Assembly: GCA_965240325.2 (NCBI GenBank)
Contig: OZ251240.1
Location: 124,001-188,000 of the forward strand
Source of the DNA: Rebecca billardiae RCC1528
Taxonomy: Eukaryota > Protista > Haptophyta
Direction of reading: 5' to 3'
Length of the DNA: 64,000 bases
This document shows, piece after piece, positions 12,801 through 23,172 of this stretch (its first letter is position 1; each line of letters begins with the position of its first letter). The notes below the pieces were generated by a model, which was not told where the DNA came from, ran no database searches, and saw only the letters and a list, made by a program, of their open reading frames with translations. The translations under genes and the position numbers were made by a program.

Positions 12801-14010
12801 GCTCGCGCGCCGCGCCGTCGCGCGCGCCCGTCGCCCACGTGAACGCGCCGACGCCGACGCGCATGCGCTGCGTCGACACGCGCGGCGACGCGGGCACGAC
12901 GCCGCCCTGCCGCTCGATCGATGCCTGCACGGCGCGCAGCAGGGGCAGCGCGACGACGCCGCAGGACAGCTCGCCGATGGTCGCGCCCTCGAGGTCGTGC
13001 AGCTCGATCGTCGCGCCGTCCGCCATGTCGCGCGCCGACGCGAGCTGGTCCTCCAGGTTGACAAACGCCTCGCCCAGCACCGCGCCGCCGCCCGCGCGCG
13101 CCGTGTCGCGCAGCGTGAAGAACACGTCCGTGTCGGAGCGCTCGGGCGTGCGCAGCGCGCGCTCGAGCAGGCGCCACGCGCGCGAGCCGCTGGCCACGTC
13201 GATGTGCGACACGTACTCAAAGTACACCGAGCGCTCCTCCGCGCCCACCGCGCGCGGCGGCGTGGTGAGCAGCGAGTGCGTCAGGCCCATCACGTCCACG
13301 TCCACCGCCACCTCGCGCACGCCCGCCGGCGCGCGCGCGCGCCACGAGACGCGCGAGACGGAGACCTTGATGGCCTCGCCGGCGGCGGCGCGCGCGGCCG
13401 ATCGCTGCGCCGCCTCCGCGTCCGCGCCGCCCGGCCGCTTGCTCGGGTCGATCGGCTTGAGCGAGGGGAACGGCGCCAGCGGCTCGGGCGGCGCCGCGTC
13501 GGCCGCGGTGCGCGCGGGCGGCACGGCGAGCGTGGCGGCGGTCGTGCCCATCGAGCCGTTCAGCGCCCGAAGCGCGCGCACGCACGTGACGCTCACGCGC
13601 ACCTCGGCGATTGGCTGGCCGTGCGCGTCCTCAAACGTGAGCGGCTCGTCCACCATGTCGCGCTCGGTACTCAGGAGCGACGGCAGCGAGATGCGCGCGG
13701 AGCCGACGCGCTCGCGCTGCGCGGGCTCGCGCAGCGTGAGGACGACGACGAGGGCCGACCGCCGAGGCGTCGAGAGCCGGTGCGCCGCGTCGTTCCACGC
13801 GCTCGTCGCGGGCACGAGCTCGACCGAAACGCGGTGCCGGAAGTCGATCGGCGCGTCGGTGCGGTGCGGCGCGGACGGCGCGGGCGGCTCGAGGCCGGCG
13901 ACGTCGATCTCGACGAGCACGCGCTCGAAGAGCGACGAGATGTCCCGCGCGAAGTCGCCGAGCCAGCGGAGCTCGCCGGCGACGACGTTGATGCGCTCCG
14001 CCTCCGTCAT
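842..14010 (-). CDS. Giant (~4,248 aa) protein: ~17 tandem RPGRIP1 C-terminal (RID)-like C2 domains, ~8 EF-hand pairs, coiled coil, IQ-like motif. Exons 14010-2105, 1980-1361, 1256-1170, 975-842
   Basis: First ATG of the 4011-aa ORF is at 14010 (14136 is GTG). Three GT-AG introns (2104-1981, 1360-1257, 1169-976) splice in frame to a TGA at 844-842. The repeated domain V.VDVMGL...F.F...VRF.L.D...LGEA.V.LEQLLERGRD...LGELVVSVRA.DALR resembles RPGR1_C. Canonical EF loops DRNNSGSITRTE and DADGDGKISFAE. Confidence 0.85.
3500..5100. repeat. Five near-identical EF-hand-pair modules (312-348 bp period)
   Basis: taccgggcgaacgactcgcg recurs at ~3671, 3983, 4331, 4679 and 5021. Confidence 0.95.
6232..12085. 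repeat. Near-identical intragenic tandem array, ~5.7 units of 1014/1026 bp, each encoding two C2-like domains
   Basis: The agcatgcgccacg anchor recurs at ~6965, 7991, 9017, 10043, 11057 and 12071 (spacing 1026,1026,1026,1014,1014). Units differ by a few SNPs and a 12-bp indel. Confidence 0.97.
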
Positions 14011-14372
14011 GCTGGCGGCAAGGCGCCAAGGCGTGTGTTTTGGCCACTTGAACTCAGCCGTCGGCAGGCGGCAGGCAGACCGTCGTCGTTCCGCTCGCGC
14101 GCCGTGCCGCCGTCGTCGGCGCGACTCTGTGTTCACATCATTCTGATGACAGTCACGATGTCACTGTCATATGCACTGGGCCGAAATCCCTAATCGACGC
14201 GGTCAGTTGGGGCGCGCACTTCGCCCTATGATGACTGACGCACAGTGACGACGACAACAGCCGCGTCAGTTGCAGCTTTTTGGCTGCCACTTTCGCCGCC
14301 GCTGCTTGAAGCTGCAAGCGGGGGCTTGGGACAGCTGGTGCGAGGGCGCCTCGACTCGCCAGCGGCCCGGCG

Positions 14373-14835
14373 ATGGCGCAGCAGGGTGCCACGCTGCAGA
14401 ACTACAACAATGATCTCGTCAGATGTGCGTGCCGCGCGCGCGCGCGCTCCAGCCCCCGCCGCGCGGTCGTTGCGCGCCCCCGCGGCGGCGGCGGCGGTCG
14501 CGCTGACTCGCGGGCTCGCTCCCCGTCCGCCGTCCTCGCCGGGCCACTCAGGCATCGAGGACTTGCGGGAGAAGCGCGAGGAGGTGAACCGCGCGATCGC
14601 CGCGGACGAGGAGGAGAAGGCGAAGATCCAGAACGACCTTCGCATCCTCACCGAGAGGCTCTCGCGGCTAAACGACGGGCTGGCGCGCAAGATCTCCTCG
14701 CGCAACGAGTACGACCGCACGATCCAGGAGACGGAGGCGGCGTACCAAAAGATCTTAGAGAGCTCGCAGACGCTGCTGCACGTGCTCAAGCGCGAGAGCG
14801 TCAACCTCTCGAAGAAGAAGCAGGTCTCCTCCTGA
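14373..14835 (+). CDS. SSNA1: SSNA1/NA14/DIP13 microtubule- and basal-body-associated coiled-coil protein, 111 aa. Exons 14373-14424, 14552-14835
   Basis: Spliced product [28 protein letters not shown]...[32 protein letters not shown] matches the SSNA1/DIP13 sequence. GT-AG intron 14425-14551. Confidence 0.95.
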
Positions 14836-15683
14836 GCGGCCTGCGCAGCAGCGTGCGCGCGCCGCGGGCGCGCCTGGCTGCCGGGGGCGCCGCCGGGCGC
14901 GAGCGCCGCGCGGGGGGCGCGGCGGCCATGCGGGGCACCCGGCCGCTGGGGATGCCGAGCGGCCGCGCCGAGCGACGACGCACGTCGGCGCCGTGCGCGG
15001 GCTGCGAGGCCGGGGCTCGCGAGCCCGGGCGTGCCGGCGTGTCGCCATCGGCCAGCCGGATGGCTTTGGGGCGCGAGCCGGCTGAGCCGCCGCGCCGGGG
15101 CGGCCATCACCGCGAGCGCGTCGCGGCGCCAGCACATCAGCTTAGGACACCGTCGGCCGCGGAGCGCCCTCGGTGGCGCTCGGCGCATGGCCCATGGCCG
15201 GCCGGCTGGTTCTGGTGAGCTGCGCCGAGCTCAGCGTCGTGCGCTGCGGCACTGCCAAGGCCGCCCATTCAGCCGCTGATCGTGGCCGCGTGCCGCCCGC
15301 CGCACGGGCCGGGAGTGGTCGTCAAGCCGGCGGCGCCGCCGCCGGGCAGGCCACGGCACACGTGCGGGCCTCCGATGAACACTCGCCACTAAGTTGACTT
15401 AGTCGTCAGCATTGTACTGTAAACGTGGTCGCCCCCGGGGAACCGTCGTCGTGGTCGTCGTCGCGACCACTGCCCGCCCGGCGCCCGGCTTACTGTGCTG
15501 ATGTAGTATCATGTAGTACGTACTAAGGCTACAGTTTACTAAGAATAAGAGACGCACACAGTAAGCCGACTATCGTCAGCAGTCGCGGGCGAATATGCTT
15601 ATTTGCTGGCTCGCTCGCCCTGCGCGCGTACGGTACACCAACGGTGCCGACGGGCGGCTCGCGCGGCGGGCGCCATCGCCGCC

Positions 15684-18600
15684 ATGCGACCGCACGTGCC
15701 GCCGGCGCAGCCGGCGACGGCGGGGCTCGGCGCGGAGGCGATCGGCGCGTCGGGCACGGCGGACGACCCGATCGACCTGTCGCGCAAGAAGCGGCGGCTG
15801 TACGCCGCGCACGACGCGGCGCAGCCGGTGGGCGGCGCGCTCGGCGAGAGGGCGGCCGCCTCCGAGCCGGGCGCGCGCGAGTGCGGCGCGCACGGCGCGC
15901 GCGCGCACGGCGCGCCGGAGCCCGGCGGCGCGCCCGCCGCCCGCCCGCCGGACGCCGCGCCCCGCCCGCCCGCGCCGGACTGGAGCGCCGCGCAGTCCGC
16001 GCTGCTGCGCGTGGACGATCTGATAGGCCGGCTGGCCGAGTGGCAGCAGCGCGCGGAGCCGGGCCTGTACGGCGCGTGGGAGGCGCACCGCGCGGAGTGG
16101 CGCGCGCGGAGCCAGCTCGCGGCCTCGCACGCCGCGCTCGAGCAGCTCCTGCACCAGCTCGTCTGCGAGCGCCTCCCCCTGCAGCTGGCCGCGCGCGCCG
16201 TGCCCGCCTCGCTGCTGTTCGAGTCAGGCTCGCCGTGGGCGGCGATGCGCACGCCGCAGCAGGGGCTGGCGGGCGTGGTCGCGCTGGAGGAGGCGCTGCG
16301 GGCGTGGGCGGCGGAGCGCGCGCCGGGCGTGCTGCCGCCCGCGCCGCACCCGCCGCTGACCGCCGCCGTCCCGCCCGCGCCGACGCCGGAGCGCGCACGG
16401 CCCGAGGGCGGCGGCGCGCGCGCGGCCGAGCCGCCACCCGTGCGCGCCGACGGCCGCGGCGGCGAGCAGGCGGCGCGCGCGCAGCTCGCGCCGTCGCCCA
16501 CCACGCGGCTGGCGGCGGCGGCGGCCTCGACGCCGGCCCCTTCGCCGCTGGTGCAGCCGAGCGTCTCGGTCACGCCGCCGCCGCCCGCCGCCGCGCCGCG
16601 CGCGCCGCCGCCGCGCGCGCCGCCGCCCGCGCGCGCCGACGCGGCGCCGAGCGCGGCAGCCGCTGGCGGCGCGCGCGCCGAGGCGCCTGCGCGCCCCGAC
16701 GGCCGCGCCGGCGAGCAGGCGGCGCGAGCGCAGTTCGCGCCGTCGCCCACCACCCGCCTGGCGGCGGCCGCAGCGTCCGCCGCGCCGCCGCCACCGCCGC
16801 CACCGATCGCGCGGGCCGCGCCGCCGCAGCCGGCCGCGGCGGCGGTGGCGGTGGCGGCGCCCGCGCGCGCCGACACCGCGCCGCGCGCGGCAGCCGGCGG
16901 CGGCGGGCACGCCGACTCGCCCTCGCGCCCCGACGACCCCGCCGGCGCGCAAGCGGCGCGGGCGCAGCTCCCGCCGTCGCCCACACCGCGCCGCCTGGCG
17001 GCGCCGAGCGCGCCCGCCGCCGCGCGTCCGCCGTCACAGCCGCCGCCGGGCTCCGACCCGCCGCCGGCGCCGCGCTCGCCACGGCCGCCCGGCGCGGCGC
17101 CCGCGGCGGCTGGCGGCGCGAGCGCCGCGAGCGCGCCGGCCGTGGGCGCACCGGCCGCTGCCACGCCCGCCGGCGCGGCCGCCGCGCCCGCCGCGCAGAA
17201 CGCGCCCGCGCCGAGCGCGGCCGGCTGCGCGGCGGGCGGCGGTGCGCGCTGCTGCGGCGCTGCTTGCTGCAGCACCGCGCTGGTGCGCGCACCGCCCGGC
17301 GGCGCGTCGGGCGCGGCCCTGCCCGTGGCGGGCAGCCTGCCCGCGCGGCCCGCCCCCGCGGCGGCGCACGCCGCGGGCTCGAGCGCGGACGACGCCGCCG
17401 CTTGCGCCGCAGCCGCCGCGTACGCCCGGCTGGGGCTGCGCGTGCTCGCGCGCCGCCAGCTCTCAGCCAACTGGCTCAAGAAGCGCGTGGTGCTGCTGGG
17501 GCAGCAGGAGTGGCAGGCGCTCAGGCGGAGGGCAGGCGCGGGGGGCGGGCCGGGCGCGGCGGGGGGCGCGCTGCCGCGGCTGCTGCTGCGCGCGCTGGAC
17601 AAGGGCGAGCTCGAGCAGCCGTGCGCGCAGCCGCAGCCGCAGCCGCGCGACCAGCCGCCTGCCGGCGCGCCATCGGCTGGGCGGTGCGGCGGCGGCCCCG
17701 CGGCGCAGGCGTGGGCGCAGGAGTGGGAGGTGGCGCTCTCGCTCGGCTACCCGCGGCTGCACCGCGTCGGCCCGCTGCTGCACGGGCTGCTACACCGGGG
17801 CATGGGCGTGGGCGACTACTTCGTGCTGCTCTGCAGAGACGCCCAGCGCTGCCAGCACGAGCCAAGCGGCGCGGGCGGCGCGGCGGGCGGCGCGCCCGCC
17901 GCCCTCGGCTCGGGCTGTGCGCCGTGCGCCGAGCTGCTCGTCACGTGGGAGCGCGCGGCGCTGGTGGACGCCAACAGGCGGCTGGGGTACGGGCCTGCCT
18001 GTGAAGCGCAGGGGCAGCCGCAGGGGCAGCAGGCCGAGCACAGCAGCGCCGCGCTCCGGCTGCTGCTCGGACCGGCCGGCGGCGCGCCGCGCGCGCCGCG
18101 GCCGCGCGCCGCGCCGCGGCGCCGCGCGGCGGCGGGGGCCGTGGGCGGCAGCGGCAGCGGCAGTGCGCTGGCCACGGCCATGGCTACGGCCACGCCCCTC
18201 ACGGCCACGCCCCTCACGGCCACGCCCCTCGGCAACGACCACGCGGAAGCGGCGGCGGCGGCGGCGGCGTTCCCGCGCGCGGCGACGCGCGCGGTGGCGC
18301 GGCCGGCGGCGGCGAGGCCCATCGGCGTCGAGGGCGTCGAGGAGCTGGACACCGACTCGGACGGCTCGGACGGCGCGCCCTCCGCGCGCGCGCCCGCGCC
18401 GCCCGCGCCGTGGCGCTGCTCCGCGCTCAGCGCGCCCGCGGCGCGCGCCACGCCCGCCGCTCCGGCCGCGCCGCCCGCGCCTTACCAGCTCGAGTGGGCG
18501 GCGCAGCTGAGCGCGCGCGCGGCGCGGAACGACGCGTGGGGCGTGGCGCACGCGCTGTACACCATGCTGCGCGCGCAGCCCCCCGCCTGCCCCGCCGGCG

Positions 18601-19999
18601 CGCGCCCGCCCCCGCTGCTGCCGCTGCTGCTGCAGCTGATGCGCGCGCAGGCCGCCGCCGGGCGGCGCACCGCGCTCGAGCTGGCGGCGCGCGCGCACGC
18701 GACGGAGGCGGCGGTGGTGCTCGGCTCGGCGCTGGGCGGCGCGGCGGCGGAGGCGGACGCGCGCGCCGCGCAGCCCGGCGCGCAGCACACCGCGTGGGCG
18801 CGCGCGCTGCTCCTCCAGCTCGCCGCCTGCCCGGAGGTGCGCGCCCACGCGCGCACGGCGCGCGCGCTGCTGCTGGCCGCCCACGGCGGCGACGCGGGCG
18901 CCGTGCCGGCCGCGCTGTGGCCGCCGATGCCCCGGGCGGCGCGCTCGCGCGGGGAGCTGTCGGAAGACGTGGCGGAGGGCGCGGAGGGCGCGCACCTCGC
19001 CGTGGCCGCGATCAACGAGGTGGACGACGAGGTGCGCGCACGCCCTGCGCGCACGCCCTGCGCGCACGCCCTGCGCGCACGCCCTGCGCGCGGCGCCCTG
19101 CGCGCGGCGCCGCCGGCCTCGGCGCGGGACGCGCGCGCGCACACGCCGCCCCCGCCCGCGCGCGCCCGCGCGCGCCCGCGCGCAGCCGCTGCCGCGGTTC
19201 GTGTACGTGAGCGGCCCGCTGCCCTCCGCCTCCGTGCTCGGCGTCAATTGGGGCGCGGGGCCGCCGCCCTCGCGCACGCTCGGCGCGCGCCTCTGCCTCT
19301 TCCGCACGCGCGGCCGGGGCTGGGGCGTGCAGGCGGCGCAGCGCATCAGGTGCGTGCGCGGCGCGCTGTGCGCGCTGTGCGCGCTGGCGCCCGCGCGCCC
19401 CTGCTGCGCCCGCGCTGCTGCGCCCGCGCTGCTGCGCCCGCCGCCCGCCCGCCCGCCGCTTTGCCCACCCGGCGGCCCGCGCGCCGCTCGCGCGCGCACG
19501 GCCCGCGCGCGCGCAGCAAGGGCGAGTTCGTGTGCATGTACGCGGGCGAGGTGCTCGACCAGGACGCGGCGGAGGGCAGGGCGCAGAGCAGCGGCGCGTA
19601 CATCTTCGACGTGCGCCAGGGCCGCGACTGGCTCTGCGTCGACGGCTGCGCGCACCGCGGCGTCGCGTCGTTCATCAACTTTGGGTGCGAGCCCAACCTC
19701 AAGCCGGGCGCGGTGACGCTGCAGAGCGGGCGCACGCTGATCGGCTTCTACGCGCGGACGGACATCTACCCGGTGCGCGCGCGCGGCGCGCGCGCGGGGG
19801 GGGCGGGCGGCGCCGCGCGCCGCGCCGCCAAACCCGAACCCGCGCGCGCAACCGCCCGGCGCGCGCTCGGCGTGCGCGGCGGCTGTGCCGGCAGGGCCAG
19901 GAGCTCACGTACGTGCGCGACCCGGACGAGCGCGTGGGCAAGGCGGAGGGCGGGCTGCTGTGCTTGTGCGGCAGCGCCACCTGCAGAGGCACGTACTAG
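15684..19999 (+). CDS. SET-domain protein (SUV39/EHMT-like SET + post-SET) with a long low-complexity N-terminus. Exons 15684-19031, 19186-19349, 19517-19772, 19895-19999
   Basis: Splicing three GT-AG introns gives AINEVDDEPLPRFVY...LFRTRGRGWGVQAAQRISKGEFVCMYAGEV...YIFD...VDG...SFINFGCEPNL...FYARTDIYPGQELTY...CLCGSATCRG. Confidence 0.85.
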
Positions 20000-20135
20000 C
20001 TAGCCCGCGCTCCCCGCCTCGCCCGCGGGCGCACGCACGTCCGCGTGTCAGCGTAGCGTGGCGGCGCCGCTCAGCCGGTGTCTGTCGGCCGGCCTCTTCT
20101 GACGAACCTGCGGACGCGCCGACGATCGCTGATTG

Positions 20136-21656
20136 ATGGCCATGCCGTCGCTCGCGCTCGTGCTCGCCGCGGCGTGCTGCGCGCACGTCGCGCCGCCGCG
20201 CGGCGGCGGGGCGCCGTGGCGCTCGGCGGCGCTCGGCGGCGCGCGCGTCGCCGCGCCGCGCGGCCGCGTGCTCGGCTCCTCCGCGCGCCGGCCCGACGAG
20301 CCCGCCGCCACGCCCGCCGCGTGGCCGGCGGGCGGCGGCGACGCGTCGGCCGACGCGGGCGCAGAGACGTCCGTGCTCGGCGCGGCGGCGCTGGTGGCGG
20401 GCACGACGGTGGGCGCGGGGATCCTCGCCCTCCCCGCCGCCACGCTCGGCGCGGGCTTCCTCCCCTCCTCCGCCGTCCTCCTCCTCGCGTGGCTCTACAT
20501 GGCGAGCACGGGCCTGCTGATCGCCGAGGCGACCGTCAACGAGGTGTGCGCGGCGGGCACGGCCGGGCTGGGGCTGCTCGCGACGTCGGAGCGGGTGCTG
20601 GGCAAGGCGGGCGCGCGGCTGGCCGGCGCGGCCTACCTGCTCATCCACTACGCGCTGCTCACCGCGTACTGCGCCGAGGGCGGCGACAACCTGCTCGCGC
20701 TCGCCGGCTCGGCCGCGGGCGCGCTCGGGCTGCCCGCGCCGCCGCAGCTGCCGGCCGCGGCGGAGGCGGCGCTGTTCGCGGGCGTGTTCGGCGGCGGGAT
20801 CGCGCTGGCGGACGGCGCGCTGCTCGAGGCGGCCAACTCCGCGCTCGTGCTGCTCGTCGTCGCCTCCTTCGGCGCGCTCGTCCTCGCAGGAGCGCCGGGC
20901 GTGGACGTGGCGCGGCTGAGCGCGCTGCCGCCGGGCGGCGTCGGCGGCAGCGCGGGCGCCGCGTGGGCGTGCGTGCCGATCTGCATCCTCTCGCTGGTGT
21001 ACCACAACGTCGTGCCGCTCCTCGCGACGCAGCTGCGCGGCGACATGCGCAAGCTGCGCGCCGCCATCGTCGGCGGCTCCGCCGTGCCGCTGCTCATGTT
21101 CGTGCTGTGGAACGGCGTGGTGCTCGGCCAGCGCGCGCTCGGCGCGGCGGGCGTGGGCGCGGCCGGCGGCGGCGGCGCCGCCGCCGCCATCGACCCGATC
21201 GACGCGATCACGGCGGGCGCGGCGGCGGGCGGCGAGGCGGGGCTGCTGCCGCTGATCGTGCCCGTCTTCTCCGAGGCGGCCATCATCACCTCCTTTGTGG
21301 GCTTTGTCTACGGCCTGTACGACTTCTGCACGGACGCGCTCGGCGTGCAGCCGGGCGACCGCTCGCGCGACCCCTTGCTGTACGGCGCCATCCTGCTGCC
21401 GCCCGTCGCCGTGGTCGCGCTCGACCCGGACGTGTTCATGCGCGCGCTGGACACGGCGGGCACGTTCGGCATCTCGACGCTGTTCGGCCTCCTCCCCGCC
21501 GCGATGGTCTGGCGCCAGCGCTACGGCGGCCCCGAGCGCCCCGCCCCGGCGGTCGAGCCCGCGCTGCCGGGCGGCCGCGCGTCGCTCGTCGCCATCGTCG
21601 CGCTCGCGTGCGCCGTCATCGGCGAGGGCGCGCTCGACCAGCTCGGGCTGCTCTGA
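20136..21656 (+). CDS. TyrP/Mtr-family aromatic amino acid permease with a probable signal + transit peptide
   Basis: GAAALVAGTTVGAGILALP, YHNVVP and AIVGGSAVPL motifs; many hydrophobic helices; N-terminal hydrophobic signal followed by an Arg-rich leader. Confidence 0.88.
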   Translation: MAMPSLALVLAAACCAHVAPPRGGGAPWRSAALGGARVAAPRGRVLGSSARRPDEPAATPAAWPAGGGDASADAGAETSVLGAAALVAGTTVGAGILALPAATLGAGFLPSSAVLLLAWLYMASTGLLIAEATVNEVCAAGTAGLGLLATSERVLGKAGARLAGAAYLLIHYALLTAYCAEGGDNLLALAGSAAGALGLPAPPQLPAAAEAALFAGVFGGGIALADGALLEAANSALVLLVVASFGALVLAGAPGVDVARLSALPPGGVGGSAGAAWACVPICILSLVYHNVVPLLATQLRGDMRKLRAAIVGGSAVPLLMFVLWNGVVLGQRALGAAGVGAAGGGGAAAAIDPIDAITAGAAAGGEAGLLPLIVPVFSEAAIITSFVGFVYGLYDFCTDALGVQPGDRSRDPLLYGAILLPPVAVVALDPDVFMRALDTAGTFGISTLFGLLPAAMVWRQRYGGPERPAPAVEPALPGGRASLVAIVALACAVIGEGALDQLGLL

Positions 21657-23172
21657 GCCCGGGCGCGTGCAGGCCGCCGCGCGCGAGATCGGGCGCGTGC
21701 GCGTGCATGCGCATGGCTGCGGCACACAGCGGTCACGGGCGCGCAGCGAGTGGTGCGCACGGCTCTGTTTCGAATCGAGAGCCTGGTTCCGCTGCCAGCC
21801 TGGTGCCGGTGGGGTGGTGCCCACTGACCACATTGACACCAGCTGAAGACGAACGGCTGAGAGTCTTGAAGCGGCGGAAATACCGGCGGCCAGGTTTTTG
21901 ACTTTTTTCCGCCAATCGTGCTATTATAAAAATCGGAGCATCAGGCGGACGCGGACGATGGCTGCCGGTATAAAAAGTGTCAGCTGGCGCGAATCTTTGC
22001 TACAGCAAAGCGGACGGATGCCGGAATCTTGGAGGACCCTCGGCAGCGGAGGAATCCAACTTGGGAACTTGGGCAGGCACCCGGCGTGCATCTAAAAAAA
22101 GCGCAGCCTCGCGAAGCGTCGCGCTGGCCACACGCCGGCTTCAGCAGCGTCCAGCGGCAACGTCAACGCCCAGCCGCTGCCAGCCCCTTTCTCTCGCGAA
22201 CGCCACTGCCAGCTGATCACCCCCTCCCGGGAAAGCACCCCGCAACGCCGTCCGTCATGGAGCACCCGACCGAGCTTCTGCGCGTGGACAGCCTCTCGTC
22301 GAACGGCACGACCATCGTCCTCTCGTCGAGGCGAACCACATCCGAGCTCTCCGACTCGCCGCCGCGCTCCCCGGAGCACGGCATGCCCTTGGCCGGCGCC
22401 AGCCGCCCGTCGGAGCAGCCGGAGTCGCTGCGGCCGCAGCGCGCGGGCGCGCAGGAATGAGCGGACGAGCGTCAAGCACGTGCTCGCGCACTCCGGCCCT
22501 GACCGGCATGTACGTGTTCGACTCGCACACCCGTCTACCCACCCCCGCCCCAGCGCGACGACGGGCAGCGCGGCGGCGGCGGCCCCGAGAGGCACAAGGG
22601 CTGCGCGGCTCAGCCTGAGCGGCCGGCGTGGCTTCACACGCGTCGGCGGGGCTGCGCAGGCGGCGGCGTCGAAGCTCGCATGGCCTCTCGTGGCTGCCAC
22701 AGCCTGGTGCCGCTTGTCTGGACCGACACGCCGGCCCTCCGAGGCCGACTCGTCCACGGTACGCGCAGCAGCCGTGAGCGGCCCGAGGTTAACCCGGACT
22801 ATCCGGCGGGGCCTGGCGCAACGATGCCTCATTTGATCTTCAGCGACGGTATACAGCCACTACTCTGAGACGCGCGTTGGTGCTACCACAGCGCGGCAAT
22901 GTACATTATCAAACGTCCATCATATCTGCATTCACCTCGACGGCGGTGTCAAAGCAGTCATGTCGGTCAGCTGACTCGGGCGCGAGCCGGCGAGCGTAAC
23001 CTGCTTCACTACCCAACTGCTCCGCCCGCCGAATTCTGCACGAGCCGCCAGCTATGAGAAACGGCGGAGCGCGGATATTCGTTGAGCGGCTTTTTCCCGA
23101 CGATTGCGGCTCGAATTCTCACGCCAGCCGGGCGCCCGACGCTCCGCCTCGGCGCACCGCGCGCTCCGCAGG

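Noticed and set aside
1078-14193. Huge + strand ORFs (1001, 3539, 2759 aa) and off-frame - strand ORFs (1444, 1996 aa)
   Set aside because: They are Ser/Arg/Ala-rich shadows of the real minus-strand gene. Stops are rare at this GC content and the repeats propagate open frames.
19036-19102. 11-bp gcgcacgccct tandem repeat
   Set aside because: An ordinary intronic minisatellite.
22257-22460. Short ORF MEHPTELLRVDS...
   Set aside because: It is 67 aa with no recognisable motif. It may be a real exon but cannot be supported.
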